A DNA stretch of 22,992 nucleotides from positions 1 through 22,992 of IMG/VR virus record IMGVR_UViG_3300032038_000047. The stretch is one strand, 5' to 3'. The position numbers and the translations under genes were made by a program. The number at the start of each line of letters is the position of its first letter. Position 1 is the first letter of the stretch. This document shows positions 1 to 7,755 of the stretch, one piece after another. This stretch comes from a virus. Lineage: Duplodnaviria > Heunggongvirae > Uroviricota > Caudoviricetes. The notes under the pieces are model-generated. The model was not told the origin of the DNA. It saw only the letters and a program-made list of their open reading frames with translations, and did no database searches.

Positions 1-268
1 CCTCTAAAATTCTCCGGAGGGATATTTGGCTAAACTATTTGTAAGAGCGCATGGTGATAATCCATAGTGCCAGCGTTTTCCTACCATCTCCTTTCGCGCT
101 ATTTGGTCTTTATGTAGGTCCTTTCCATCCAGCGAGTCCTCCAAAACCTCCTGTTACTTACTTAAAACACCATGCGTTCCTACAAATAGTTTACATAAAG
201 TACATAATAGGTAACCAAATGAGAGACATTCTGCTGCGAAAGTCACATGAAAGAAGGTTGGTGATCCC

Positions 269-622
269 GTGGCAACAAAGAAAACCCCTGCTTCAGAGGC
301 CCCAAAGAAGCGCAAGAAGGCTCTGACGCCGGAAGCACGGGAGAATCAGATCATCGCACTGGTGATCGACGTAGAAGAAGAGAGAATTCGTAACGGCCAG
401 GCCACCGCACAGGAGTTGATCCACTGGATGAAGCTTGCTTCGGCAAAGGCCCGGCTTGAACAAAAGAAACTGGAGAATGAGAACCTGCTAATTCAGGCGA
501 AAGTGGACGCTATCAAGGCGCAGCAGAACACTGAGGAGCTATATAAGAAGGCTCTGGCGGCTATGCGCTCTTATCAGGGGGAACCGGAAGAAGAGGACTA
601 TGATGACTACGACGAGTACTAA
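269..622 (+). CDS. Putative terminase small subunit-like helical protein
   Basis: GTG start after GAAGGTTGGTG; basic N-terminus, coiled coil and acidic tail; first gene of the module, upstream of HNH. Function inferred from position. Confidence 0.5.
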   Translation: MATKKTPASEAPKKRKKALTPEARENQIIALVIDVEEERIRNGQATAQELIHWMKLASAKARLEQKKLENENLLIQAKVDAIKAQQNTEELYKKALAAMRSYQGEPEEEDYDDYDEY

Positions 623-1031
623 ACTCCGCACATATTCCGAACTCATGCTTCTTCCATCTTTTGAGGAGAGATTCGAGTATTTGAAGCTGGGCGGCAGAGT
701 AGGGGAGTCCACGTTTGGTTTTGACCGATATTTGAACCAAATCCTGTACACGTCAGATGAGTGGCGAGGCTTCAGGCGGGACATCATCATTCGGGACAAC
801 GGCTGCGACCTGGCCATTCCGGACCGTGACATTAACTACCGTCTTACTGTACACCATCTGAACCCAATTACTGCAGAAGATGTGGTCCGGAGACGGCCTT
901 GTGTGTTTGATCCGGAGAATGCTGTCTGCACAGCGTACATGACCCATAAAGCAATCCACTTTGGAGACAAGTCGCTGCTGGCCATTCTGCCGCCGGAGCG
1001 CAAACCCAACGACACTTGCCCTTGGAGGTAG
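603..1031 (+). CDS. HNH endonuclease (packaging-associated type)
   Basis: RDNGCDL...VHHLNPI...ENAVCT...HKAIH HNH signature; ATG at 600 or 603, GAGGA at 593-597 favours 603. Confidence 0.85.
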   Translation: MTTTSTKLRTYSELMLLPSFEERFEYLKLGGRVGESTFGFDRYLNQILYTSDEWRGFRRDIIIRDNGCDLAIPDRDINYRLTVHHLNPITAEDVVRRRPCVFDPENAVCTAYMTHKAIHFGDKSLLAILPPERKPNDTCPWR

Positions 1032-1036
1032 AGACA

Positions 1037-1441
1037 ATGGAAAACAGCTTGACCTCGATCCTGACTTCCGTTAAGAAGCTGCTCGGGATCACAGAGGATT
1101 ACACGCCCTTCGATACAGACATTACAATTCATATCAACTCTGCGCTGGCTGTCCTGGAACAGATGGGTGTTGGTCAGCCTGGTTTTGCCATTACCGGTGA
1201 TACGGAGACGTGGGGTGACTTTCTAGGAGATGCATCGGATCGGACACCAAACCTGGAGATGATCAAGAGCTATGTCTATATGCGGGTTAAACTCATCTTC
1301 GATCCTCCGACCAGCGGAACTGTAGTTGAGGCCTATAACAATGCTATTGCTGAGTTCGAGTGGAGAGCCCATGTGGCGGTGGAGACGCCGTATCTTGGCG
1401 GAACTGCCCCGAAGATCGTGGCGGATGTGTATGATGTGTAA
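1037..1441 (+). CDS. Probable head-tail connector-like virion protein
   Basis: GGAGG RBS before ATG 1037; helical 134-aa protein (SILTSVKKLLG...FDTDITIHINS...KLIFDPP) typical of phage head modules. Confidence 0.5.
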   Translation: MENSLTSILTSVKKLLGITEDYTPFDTDITIHINSALAVLEQMGVGQPGFAITGDTETWGDFLGDASDRTPNLEMIKSYVYMRVKLIFDPPTSGTVVEAYNNAIAEFEWRAHVAVETPYLGGTAPKIVADVYDV

Positions 1442-1445
1442 AGGT

Positions 1446-1456
1446 AATTCAAAATG
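1446..1456 (+). repeat. AATTCAAAATG motif, copy 1
   Basis: Exact 11-mer overlapping the ATG of the 1454 gene. Confidence 0.85.
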
Positions 1457-2035
1457 ATTCTTTTTACAGAAGAGTTTCTTGCACACTATGGGGTACCCGG
1501 AATGAAATGGGGCATCCGACGCTATCAGCCCTACTCAATTCATCCTCGAAAAAGCGGAAAGAGCGGAATTGAATATGGAGAGGCCGTACGACGCGGCAAA
1601 ACTACAGTTGATCGATTGCTCGGCAGTAGTGACTATTCAAGAGAAGAAAAACGTGATATACTGCTAAAAGACGTACCGAAACAGTTTGTATCGGCTGAAG
1701 AAAGCGAACGTGTTATTAGCAACACAGGCGTAGATGCTAACGATGTCTTTCAAAAAGCATTAGAAGGTCGTCGGCATGCAGGTGTTTACAAGGACGCACT
1801 GGAGAAGACTCAAAAGCAGTTAGAAAGCTCGATTGGATCTCGCTTATATCAAGTTCAGGAGCATGATATAAAGATTGCACATCCTGCCGAGTTCGATGAT
1901 GACTGGGGAGTAAAGGATGACCGTGGGCAAGCTGGACTTCTTCACAAATGGGAAAAAGATCGTATACGAAACGCTGAACAAGCATCAATAGAACTTACAG
2001 TATGGAAAGAGAGATTTGGTCATGGTAACAATTAA
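1454..2035 (+). CDS. Leader-family protein 1, candidate toxin C-terminus
   Basis: Leader MILFTEEFLAHYGVPGMKWG; distinct C-terminal domain (RHAG...EHDIKIAHP...GLLHKWEKD..RN); overlaps a small acidic downstream gene. Confidence 0.85.
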   Translation: MILFTEEFLAHYGVPGMKWGIRRYQPYSIHPRKSGKSGIEYGEAVRRGKTTVDRLLGSSDYSREEKRDILLKDVPKQFVSAEESERVISNTGVDANDVFQKALEGRRHAGVYKDALEKTQKQLESSIGSRLYQVQEHDIKIAHPAEFDDDWGVKDDRGQAGLLHKWEKDRIRNAEQASIELTVWKERFGHGNN

Positions 2036-2228
2036 TACTTTGCAAGAAATAGTTGAGAACATTGTGGAACTGGCGGATGAGTTAAAAGCACAAGAGTCGC
2101 TGAGCGATATGGATTATGGCCAACTTCTTGCTTACGCTGAAAGCCTTACTATCATCAAAGACATGTGTGATGAAGATGAGCAAGAAGCAGTAGGCTTAGA
2201 TTTCGATATAGACGCCAGGTACCTATAG
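2022..2228 (+). CDS. Small acidic protein, candidate immunity for 1454..2035
   Basis: 68 aa, strongly acidic, start overlaps the upstream gene by 14 nt, purine-rich RBS. Confidence 0.7.
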   Translation: MVTINTLQEIVENIVELADELKAQESLSDMDYGQLLAYAESLTIIKDMCDEDEQEAVGLDFDIDARYL

Positions 2229-2230
2229 CT

Positions 2231-2257
2231 CCGCAATTTTAACAGCCTGTATAATGG
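2231..2257 (+). promoter_or_regulatory. CCGCAA-N4-(T/A)ACA(A/G)C-N3-TATAAT promoter-like motif, copy 1
   Basis: CCGCAA TTTT AACAGC CTG TATAAT GG; same spacing in five copies. Confidence 0.7.
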
Positions 2258-2293
2258 AAGTCTATTCCAATACTTTGTGAAAGGACGAGAATT

Positions 2294-2641
2294 ATGCAGG
2301 ACTATATTGACATGAAGGAGCTCAAGAAGGCGAAGCGCAGAGCTCGTATTCGGGAGACTACTCAGGCGGTGGCTGCCTGGATTGATCGGAATCGTGACAT
2401 TGCGATGGCGCTGGTCCCGACTGTGATTGGTGTTGGAGGTGGAGCAGTTAAGCTCGCCAAAAAGCACCATACCATCAGTCAGGAGCGGCATCTGAAGGAA
2501 GATTACGTGTATGATCGATCCCTTGGCAAATACCTGAAGCCGACGAGGAAACTCTCGAAGAAGGAGTGGCGCGACGTTGCCCGGCGGAAGGCCAATGGCG
2601 AGAAGTATGTAAACATTTTCGACGACATGGGAGTATTATAG
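2294..2641 (+). CDS. Hypothetical basic protein with one hydrophobic segment
   Basis: AAGGA RBS; 115 aa; hydrophobic IAMALVPTVIGVGGGAV; flanked by promoter motif and terminator. Confidence 0.8.
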   Translation: MQDYIDMKELKKAKRRARIRETTQAVAAWIDRNRDIAMALVPTVIGVGGGAVKLAKKHHTISQERHLKEDYVYDRSLGKYLKPTRKLSKKEWRDVARRKANGEKYVNIFDDMGVL

Positions 2642-2651
2642 ACAGAACTTT

Positions 2652-2681
2652 AGGGGCCGCGTTTGCAGCCCCTTAGTTTTT
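2652..2681. terminator. Hairpin terminator between convergent genes
   Basis: AGGGGC..GC/GC..GCCCCT stem followed by TAGTTTTT. Confidence 0.65.
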
Positions 2682-2898
2682 AGATGTAGTTTCTCAGCCA
2701 GTCCGGCATGTTTGGATCGTCGATGCTCCAGGATTCAACTTCATTTTCATACTCATGCCAAGAGCTCTCGTCTCCATCAAAGTACTTTTGCCGGCTGCAT
2801 TTGTATTTGGTGACTGTGTTGCCTTCCAAACGGTACTCATTCCAGTAATAGCTTTTACCATAGCCTTTCCATTCATTGGTTGTATAGATTGTACTCAT
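2680..2898 (-). CDS. Small aromatic/acidic hypothetical protein (reverse strand)
   Basis: AAAGGA RBS upstream of ATG at 2898 ([12 protein letters not shown]...); 72 aa with protein-like composition. Confidence 0.75.
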   Translation of the reverse strand: MSTIYTTNEWKGYGKSYYWNEYRLEGNTVTKYKCSRQKYFDGDESSWHEYENEVESWSIDDPNMPDWLRNYI

Positions 2899-2934
2899 AT
2901 ATACCAGTCCTTTCTCGACGTCAAAATGGAATTT

Positions 2935-2961
2935 CCGCAAATCCTACAACCTCCATAATGG
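2935..2961 (+). promoter_or_regulatory. Promoter-like motif, copy 2
   Basis: CCGCAA ATCC TACAAC CTC CATAAT GG. Confidence 0.7.
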
Positions 2962-2972
2962 AGGTGACAGTT

Positions 2973-3152
2973 ATGAAAGGAAAAATTGCTGGTTGGATGC
3001 TGTCTAAGCTGATCCCGGCCAACGAGACATTTGAGCTGATGCTCTATCGTAAGAAGGGCGATAACAAAAAGTTCGTCGGCAGGCTGGAGCTTGACAGCAA
3101 TAACCTGAAAGAATTGATGGCTGCATCTGAGGAGGGGTCGGAGTCCGATTAA
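2973..3152 (+). CDS. Small hypothetical protein (59 aa)
   Basis: GGAGGTG RBS, ATG 2973, motif upstream and hairpin downstream. Confidence 0.7.
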   Translation: MKGKIAGWMLSKLIPANETFELMLYRKKGDNKKFVGRLELDSNNLKELMAASEEGSESD

Positions 3153-3176
3153 GGACCCCGCCTCTTTATGTTTTTT
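3129..3176 (+). terminator. Intrinsic terminator overlapping the gene end
   Basis: GAGGAGGGGTC / GACCCCGCCTC stem then TTTATGTTTTTT. Confidence 0.65.
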
Positions 3177-4293
3177 ATGCTGATAGGTCTATTAAGACAG
3201 GCTCTACTTCTGTCCGGCTAACTCCTAATTGCAGAACGAGAGGTTCAAGATTGTTGTCTGAAACATATCGTTTTAGACCAACTTCGATAAAAGCTTCTTT
3301 TTCTGCTTTTTTGTCTTTTAAGTGCCAGATCAGTTGTTTAACCACTTTCGGCATGGTACGGAGAAGTTGCGCATAGTTGAACGATGCAGGGTTTTTAGTT
3401 ACTGCTGTTTTTATGATATTTCCACCCATCAGCAAACTATCTGTAATTGTTAGCAACATTGCAAGTTTTTGTTTGCGCATCTTAGGCTCCATGTTGATGT
3501 GTTTCACGTGAAGCTCCGCAAAGAAGCAAATTCTTACAACCAGTTCAGCAATTACTCCCGGGAAGCCTTGCGCTATAAAGTGGTTCAGGTTGTACCCTTG
3601 AAAATACAGGCTTTGGATTACATCTGATACCAGCAGATCCTCTTCTCCGGGGAGTTTGAAACGAAGCAGACTTCCAAGGCTCATAAAGGGCACTGGTAAA
3701 CCCATCGGGGTTCCCGCATCGGATAATAAGTGGATTATTTCCAAGCAGAACGAACGAAGGGCTGATTCCAGAGAAAGTGGAAGACCATCGGTCATTGCTT
3801 GAGACACAATTTTGCCACTCAAGTCAATAGTGGTCATAGTCCCTTTTTGGATGTCAGCCGTTCCAAACAGCAGACCAAGTACCGGATCGTGTCCTAGTGA
3901 AACCAGCCGATGCATAAAAGGGTTTAATCCTTCTACATGAACCGCTGTTTTGAGGTTATTCGCCGCATCGAAAGGTACATGTGCTGCATTAGACAAGAAG
4001 TCAATTCGATCCTCAGTAAGTACTTTATGAATCGTTTTATTGACGAAATCCGGAATAGGTCCGGCCGACAGCCCATATCTGGTTGGATGGGGAATACCAA
4101 TGCACAATGCGTCTAATGCAATTCCCAGTCCGGCAGCCAACCCAACATAAGCTAGTTCATGTCGGTTAGGCTTTACAAGTTTTTTGAATTCCATTTCCAG
4201 TTCGTTTCGTGCACGCAACAGTTCTGGGGTTCGAGTTAAATCTACGAGTTGTTTCGTTCCCTCCTTTCGTGTAGTTCTACACATCTTCTTCAT
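3175..4293 (-). CDS. Hypothetical 372-aa moron protein with hydrophobic segments
   Basis: Long reverse-strand ORF; AAAGGAGTGG RBS favours ATG at 4293; motif HRLVSLGHDPVLG. Confidence 0.85.
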   Translation of the reverse strand: MKKMCRTTRKEGTKQLVDLTRTPELLRARNELEMEFKKLVKPNRHELAYVGLAAGLGIALDALCIGIPHPTRYGLSAGPIPDFVNKTIHKVLTEDRIDFLSNAAHVPFDAANNLKTAVHVEGLNPFMHRLVSLGHDPVLGLLFGTADIQKGTMTTIDLSGKIVSQAMTDGLPLSLESALRSFCLEIIHLLSDAGTPMGLPVPFMSLGSLLRFKLPGEEDLLVSDVIQSLYFQGYNLNHFIAQGFPGVIAELVVRICFFAELHVKHINMEPKMRKQKLAMLLTITDSLLMGGNIIKTAVTKNPASFNYAQLLRTMPKVVKQLIWHLKDKKAEKEAFIEVGLKRYVSDNNLEPLVLQLGVSRTEVEPVLIDLSA

Positions 4294-4318
4294 GAGCACC
4301 ACTCCTTTCTATGGCCTA

Positions 4319-4327
4319 ATTGTACCA
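4319..4327 (-). promoter_or_regulatory. Extended -10 promoter (TGGTACAAT) for 3175..4293
   Basis: Reverse complement reads TG-G-TACAAT about 25 nt upstream of the start; no clear -35. Confidence 0.5.
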
Positions 4328-4396
4328 AATCATTCACATATAAAACAGAGCAATCGGAGACAATTACCGTTTGTTATTTGGTCAATTGGTGTCTAC

Positions 4397-4423
4397 CCGC
4401 AAATTCTACAACTCCTATAATGG
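4397..4423 (+). promoter_or_regulatory. Promoter-like motif, copy 3
   Basis: CCGCAA ATTC TACAAC TCC TATAAT GG. Confidence 0.75.
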
Positions 4424-4457
4424 AAAGAATCAACCTAAAATTATAGGAGGTATTATC

Positions 4458-4712
4458 ATGAAAAACGTAAACGTAATGCATATTATTAAGAGCATCGTTA
4501 TGGCGATCATTTGCGGAGCGGCAGGGGTCGGCATGTTGGCAGTGGTATCGCATTTCTATTATGAGAATGCATACGCACATACTTCATGCACGGCGGACGA
4601 GCTCTGGGAAGCGATTGCTGTGGTGGTTGCGACATTGATGATGCACTTTGTGTATCGTAAGATCATGAAGGCCATCGAAAAGAAGGAATTCTTAAAGGAG
4701 ATTGGGGACTGA
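4458..4712 (+). CDS. Small two-TM membrane protein
   Basis: AGGAGG RBS, ATG 4458; two hydrophobic helices (IVMAIICGAAGVGMLAVV; AIAVVVATLMMHFVY). Confidence 0.8.
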   Translation: MKNVNVMHIIKSIVMAIICGAAGVGMLAVVSHFYYENAYAHTSCTADELWEAIAVVVATLMMHFVYRKIMKAIEKKEFLKEIGD

Positions 4713-4738
4713 ACAAGTCCCTTCTCTCTATTTTTTTT
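4704..4738 (+). terminator. Intrinsic terminator
   Basis: GGGGACT-GAACA-AGTCCCT stem then T8. Confidence 0.7.
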
Positions 4739-4765
4739 CAGCAAATTTTGCAACCTCTAGGATAG
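4739..4765 (+). promoter_or_regulatory. Promoter-like motif, copy 4 (degenerate)
   Basis: CAGCAA ATTT TGCAAC CTC TAGGAT AG. Confidence 0.55.
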
Positions 4766-4783
4766 GAAAGGAGGTGCATGATT

Positions 4784-4960
4784 ATGCTGGAAACGAAGGA
4801 AATGCGTACACCTTCTGAGGAGGTTATGGACCTGCATGGAGGGTATATTGTCGCCCGGTATACTGGGGTTACTCAGTCAATGGGAGACGAATGGATCGAC
4901 CAGACGGCCGACCTGCTTGAGAAGATTGTAAGCGCTATCTGCTGCTGGCTGGCAAGGTAG
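4784..4960 (+). CDS. Small hypothetical protein (58 aa)
   Basis: AAGGAGGTG RBS; ATG 4778 or 4784 (spacing favours 4784); terminator follows. Confidence 0.65.
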   Translation: MLETKEMRTPSEEVMDLHGGYIVARYTGVTQSMGDEWIDQTADLLEKIVSAICCWLAR

Positions 4961-4976
4961 CACCAAACATAAACCG

Positions 4977-5009
4977 GCAAAGGGCTATTACAGCTCTTTG
5001 CTTTTTCTT
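4977..5009 (+). terminator. Intrinsic terminator
   Basis: GCAAAGGGCT-ATTAC-AGCTCTTTGC stem then TTTTTCTT. Confidence 0.75.
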
Positions 5010-5026
5010 GAGGTGAGTTAACTACA

Positions 5027-5527
5027 ATGCTTATTTTTTCAGAGGAATACCTCATGCATCATGGCATCCAAGGCCAGAAGTGGGGTGTTCGTAGGTATCA
5101 GAATTACGATGGGACTAGAACGGACACCGGAGCCAAGAGATATAGAAAGAAAGAAGCGCGTTCGTATACCAAGCAACTGAATAAAAATGATCAAAGTATA
5201 GCTACCAACATTGGTGTGCAGTACTATACTCCAGATATAGTGAACTACAATAAAAAACGGTATATCAAACAGTATGCTAACGGTAACGATAAGAAAGCGG
5301 AAAAGTATAAAACCAAAATGGAAAAGGCTCAAAATGAACTCACGACAAGCAGAGAACAAATTGAAGAAGCTAAAAGGATTGCAGTAAAGTTGGTAAAAGA
5401 AGCAGAATCAAAAGGCTATACTGTGAAAAAAACGGAAATAAGTAGGTTCATGTACAGTGATGGTAATTATAGCTATTACATGAGAGGAACGCATTATAAA
5501 GTTAAAGACATTCCTAACGTGTCATAA
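5027..5527 (+). CDS. Leader-family protein 2, basic coiled-coil C-terminus
   Basis: Leader MLIFSEEYLMHHGIQGQKWGVRRYQNYDG; GAGGTG RBS; Lys-rich. Confidence 0.85.
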   Translation: MLIFSEEYLMHHGIQGQKWGVRRYQNYDGTRTDTGAKRYRKKEARSYTKQLNKNDQSIATNIGVQYYTPDIVNYNKKRYIKQYANGNDKKAEKYKTKMEKAQNELTTSREQIEEAKRIAVKLVKEAESKGYTVKKTEISRFMYSDGNYSYYMRGTHYKVKDIPNVS

Positions 5528-5546
5528 ATAGGGGGATATACCATAC

Positions 5547-6383
5547 ATGCTTTATTATTCAGAAGATTCCCTTGTGCATCATGGTGTTCAAGGGATGAAG
5601 TGGGGCATACGGAACGGCCCTCCCTATCCACTGACTGCTTCGTCTCATGGTGCAACACAAACACGTAATTCGGGAGAAAAAGCAGCACATAGAGTGTTAG
5701 ACAAGACCGAACATGATGGGCTATTAGCCGCTACTGCAATATATTTGGCACCTTACGTTGCGATGGGGGCTGTTGTTGCGGCGGCAGTGGTTGCCGATGC
5801 CGCACATGAAGCAAAAAGGAAAAAATCTATTTCAAAGAGCCAAGGTCAAGAATTGAAACGACAGGAAGAGCAAGAGCCATTGGAGAAGAGCTTGCTTTTG
5901 GCGAACCCCACTGCTGAAACAAGAAACTGCACAAACTGTTCTATTGCGGGAGTATTAAGAATGCAGGGCTATGATGTTTCTGCTCGGACTAGAAGCGCAA
6001 AAGTCGCTGGCGGTTTTGAAGAGTTTTTAAATTCTGCGTTCCATGACGCAAACGTCAAACGGCTGTCATCTACCGATCGAGCGTCGTTTGCTAGCTCTGC
6101 GGATGTTGCGGCTCGGTACTTGAAAAAAGAGTATGGCAATAATGCGGCCGGTGTAATTGCAGTTGGATGGAAGAATTCGTCATCTGGTCATGCGTTTTCT
6201 TGGAGAATTCAAAATGGTAAAGTCGAATTTCTTGACTTCCAAAGCGGGAGAGGCGATAATGATACTCGCAGGTATTGGCCACGGATCTCAACTGACAAGA
6301 GCATATTCTTTGCTCGATTAGATGATAAATCCCCGAACCTGGATACCATTTATGAGGTAATTCAGAACGGCATCAAGGTGTAA
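5547..6383 (+). CDS. Leader-family protein 3, papain-fold (Tox-PL-like) toxin
   Basis: Leader MLYYSEDSLVHHGVQGMKWG; hydrophobic helix; C-terminal NCTNC (C128/C131), GHAF (H215) and DFQ (D230) catalytic-type motifs. Confidence 0.8.
   Translation: MLYYSEDSLVHHGVQGMKWGIRNGPPYPLTASSHGATQTRNSGEKAAHRVLDKTEHDGLLAATAIYLAPYVAMGAVVAAAVVADAAHEAKRKKSISKSQGQELKRQEEQEPLEKSLLLANPTAETRNCTNCSIAGVLRMQGYDVSARTRSAKVAGGFEEFLNSAFHDANVKRLSSTDRASFASSADVAARYLKKEYGNNAAGVIAVGWKNSSSGHAFSWRIQNGKVEFLDFQSGRGDNDTRRYWPRISTDKSIFFARLDDKSPNLDTIYEVIQNGIKV
6206..6217 (+). repeat. AATTCAAAATGG motif, copy 2 (intragenic)
   Basis: Exact match inside the papain-fold gene. Confidence 0.6.
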
Positions 6384-6396
6384 AGGAGCGACAGCA

Positions 6397-6639
6397 ATGG
6401 CTAAGAAGTATGACGTAAAAGACTTGTCCCGTCAGAAAATAGAGAGCGTTTCTTATTTATATGGGTTTTACTATGTTGTGCTGGTGCCAGACGAATTCTA
6501 TGTAAATGAAGCATGGAAAGTCGACGAGCACACCGGTAAAACAGAACCAATGTTCTATACGGACTATCTTGTTGACATTGAAGACAAAGCCCGCCCAATC
6601 GACGTCAAAGTCTTCAAGCAATGGGCTAGTAAGTTCTGA
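6397..6639 (+). CDS. Candidate immunity protein for the papain-fold toxin
   Basis: AAAGGAG RBS, 13 nt after the toxin stop; 80 aa; YYVV...WKVDEHTGK resembles the VD-x2-TG strand motif of PepSY/Imm35-like inhibitors. Confidence 0.65.
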   Translation: MAKKYDVKDLSRQKIESVSYLYGFYYVVLVPDEFYVNEAWKVDEHTGKTEPMFYTDYLVDIEDKARPIDVKVFKQWASKF

Positions 6640-6668
6640 TTGCAATCCAAATGGTGGCATTGTATAAT
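6640..6668 (+). promoter_or_regulatory. Housekeeping sigma promoter
   Basis: TTGCAA-17 nt-TATAAT. Confidence 0.8.
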
Positions 6669-6693
6669 CGACTCTGTAAGGAGAGTGATCGCA

Positions 6694-7161
6694 ATGCCCA
6701 GGAAGTCTACAAAAGAGAACAAGAACATATACCAGATTTGCAGGGAGAATAAAGGCCTCACTCGGGAGGCAGCGGCTGAGCTTCTCGAAACTATGGATGA
6801 GAACCGCATCAAACGAATTGAAGGTGGCGCAGCACCACGTCCGGATGAGATTTTGCGTATGGCCGACAAATACTGTGCACCGCTTCTATGCAATCACTAC
6901 TGTGTAAATAACTGCGAACTTGGAGAGTCTCAGGTTCACGAGATTACACAGAAGAATCTGCAGCAGATCACCTTGGAAATGATCCATGCAATCAACGAAC
7001 TGTCTGCTGAGAAAGACCGGCTGATAGCAATCGCTGTGGATGGAAAAGTCACAGAGGATGAGCTGCCGGACTTTAAAAGGCTGCGAAAACAGCTGGACGC
7101 AATGGCGTCCATTATTGGATCCCTTCAATTATGGGTCGACGAAAACATGCAAAGCACATAA
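6694..7161 (+). CDS. XRE-family HTH regulator with Cys-containing linker and helical C-terminus
   Basis: RENKGLTREAAAELL...IKRIEGG HTH pattern; AAGGAG RBS, ATG 6694. Confidence 0.8.
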   Translation: MPRKSTKENKNIYQICRENKGLTREAAAELLETMDENRIKRIEGGAAPRPDEILRMADKYCAPLLCNHYCVNNCELGESQVHEITQKNLQQITLEMIHAINELSAEKDRLIAIAVDGKVTEDELPDFKRLRKQLDAMASIIGSLQLWVDENMQST

Positions 7162-7175
7162 TCGACAACAAATGA

Positions 7176-7213
7176 ACCGTGCGCTTTACCCAGGCGTGCG
7201 GTTTCTTTTTTTT
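7176..7213 (+). terminator. Intrinsic terminator
   Basis: ACCGTGCGC / GCGTGCGGT stem (two GU pairs) then TTCTTTTTTTT. Confidence 0.7.
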
Positions 7214-7235
7214 GTGTCAGGGAGGTTAACATAAC

Positions 7236-7751
7236 ATGGAACTTCTGAATGAAGACTATCTCGCCCACCATGGCATCCTTGGGATGAAGTGGGGCGTTCG
7301 CAGGTATCAGAATGAGGATGGTACCTACACTTCTCTCGGAAAGATGAGAGAACGCGAGGAGTATAATGGCGACAGTGACGGAGAAAAAAAGAAAGATAAG
7401 GAACCGCCAAGTAAGAAAGCGTGGACAGCCGTGAGTGATTCCTTTCGAGCTGCTGCTGGTATCCCTGGGAAAGCGCATTCTGCAAATAAAGCAAAACGGC
7501 TTGGTAAAGAAGATATGAGTAAAATGTCTGACGAGGAACTCTTCGCTCGTACACAGCGCCTTACGCTTGAGCGTAATTACATGAACGCCCTGAGCCAGGC
7601 CGATGTTTCCTACGGAGCACAGCGGGCGCAGCAGGTGCTTGAGATCGCTGGAAGTTTGGCATCTATTGCCGCTGGCATCTCAAGTGCGAGCTATAACTTT
7701 AGTCAGGCCAGAGCGCTTAACGCTCAGACAAATTTGCTGACCGGATCGTAA
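7236..7751 (+). CDS. Leader-family protein 4, immediately upstream of terL
   Basis: Leader MELLNEDYLAHHGILGMKWGVRRYQNEDG; GGAGG RBS; KMSDEEL..R..RL.LE..Y segment and amphipathic C-terminus. Confidence 0.85.
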   Translation: MELLNEDYLAHHGILGMKWGVRRYQNEDGTYTSLGKMREREEYNGDSDGEKKKDKEPPSKKAWTAVSDSFRAAAGIPGKAHSANKAKRLGKEDMSKMSDEELFARTQRLTLERNYMNALSQADVSYGAQRAQQVLEIAGSLASIAAGISSASYNFSQARALNAQTNLLTGS

Positions 7752-7755
7752 GTCT

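Noticed and set aside
1-30. Short palindrome CTCCGGAG and CCTC/GAGG upstream of the putative terS as a cos/pac site
   Set aside because: Position is suggestive, but the element is short and truncated by the window edge; read-end or terminus data would be needed
51-326. 91-aa ORF at the window start
   Set aside because: No RBS, non-protein-like composition, overlaps the better supported 269..622 gene
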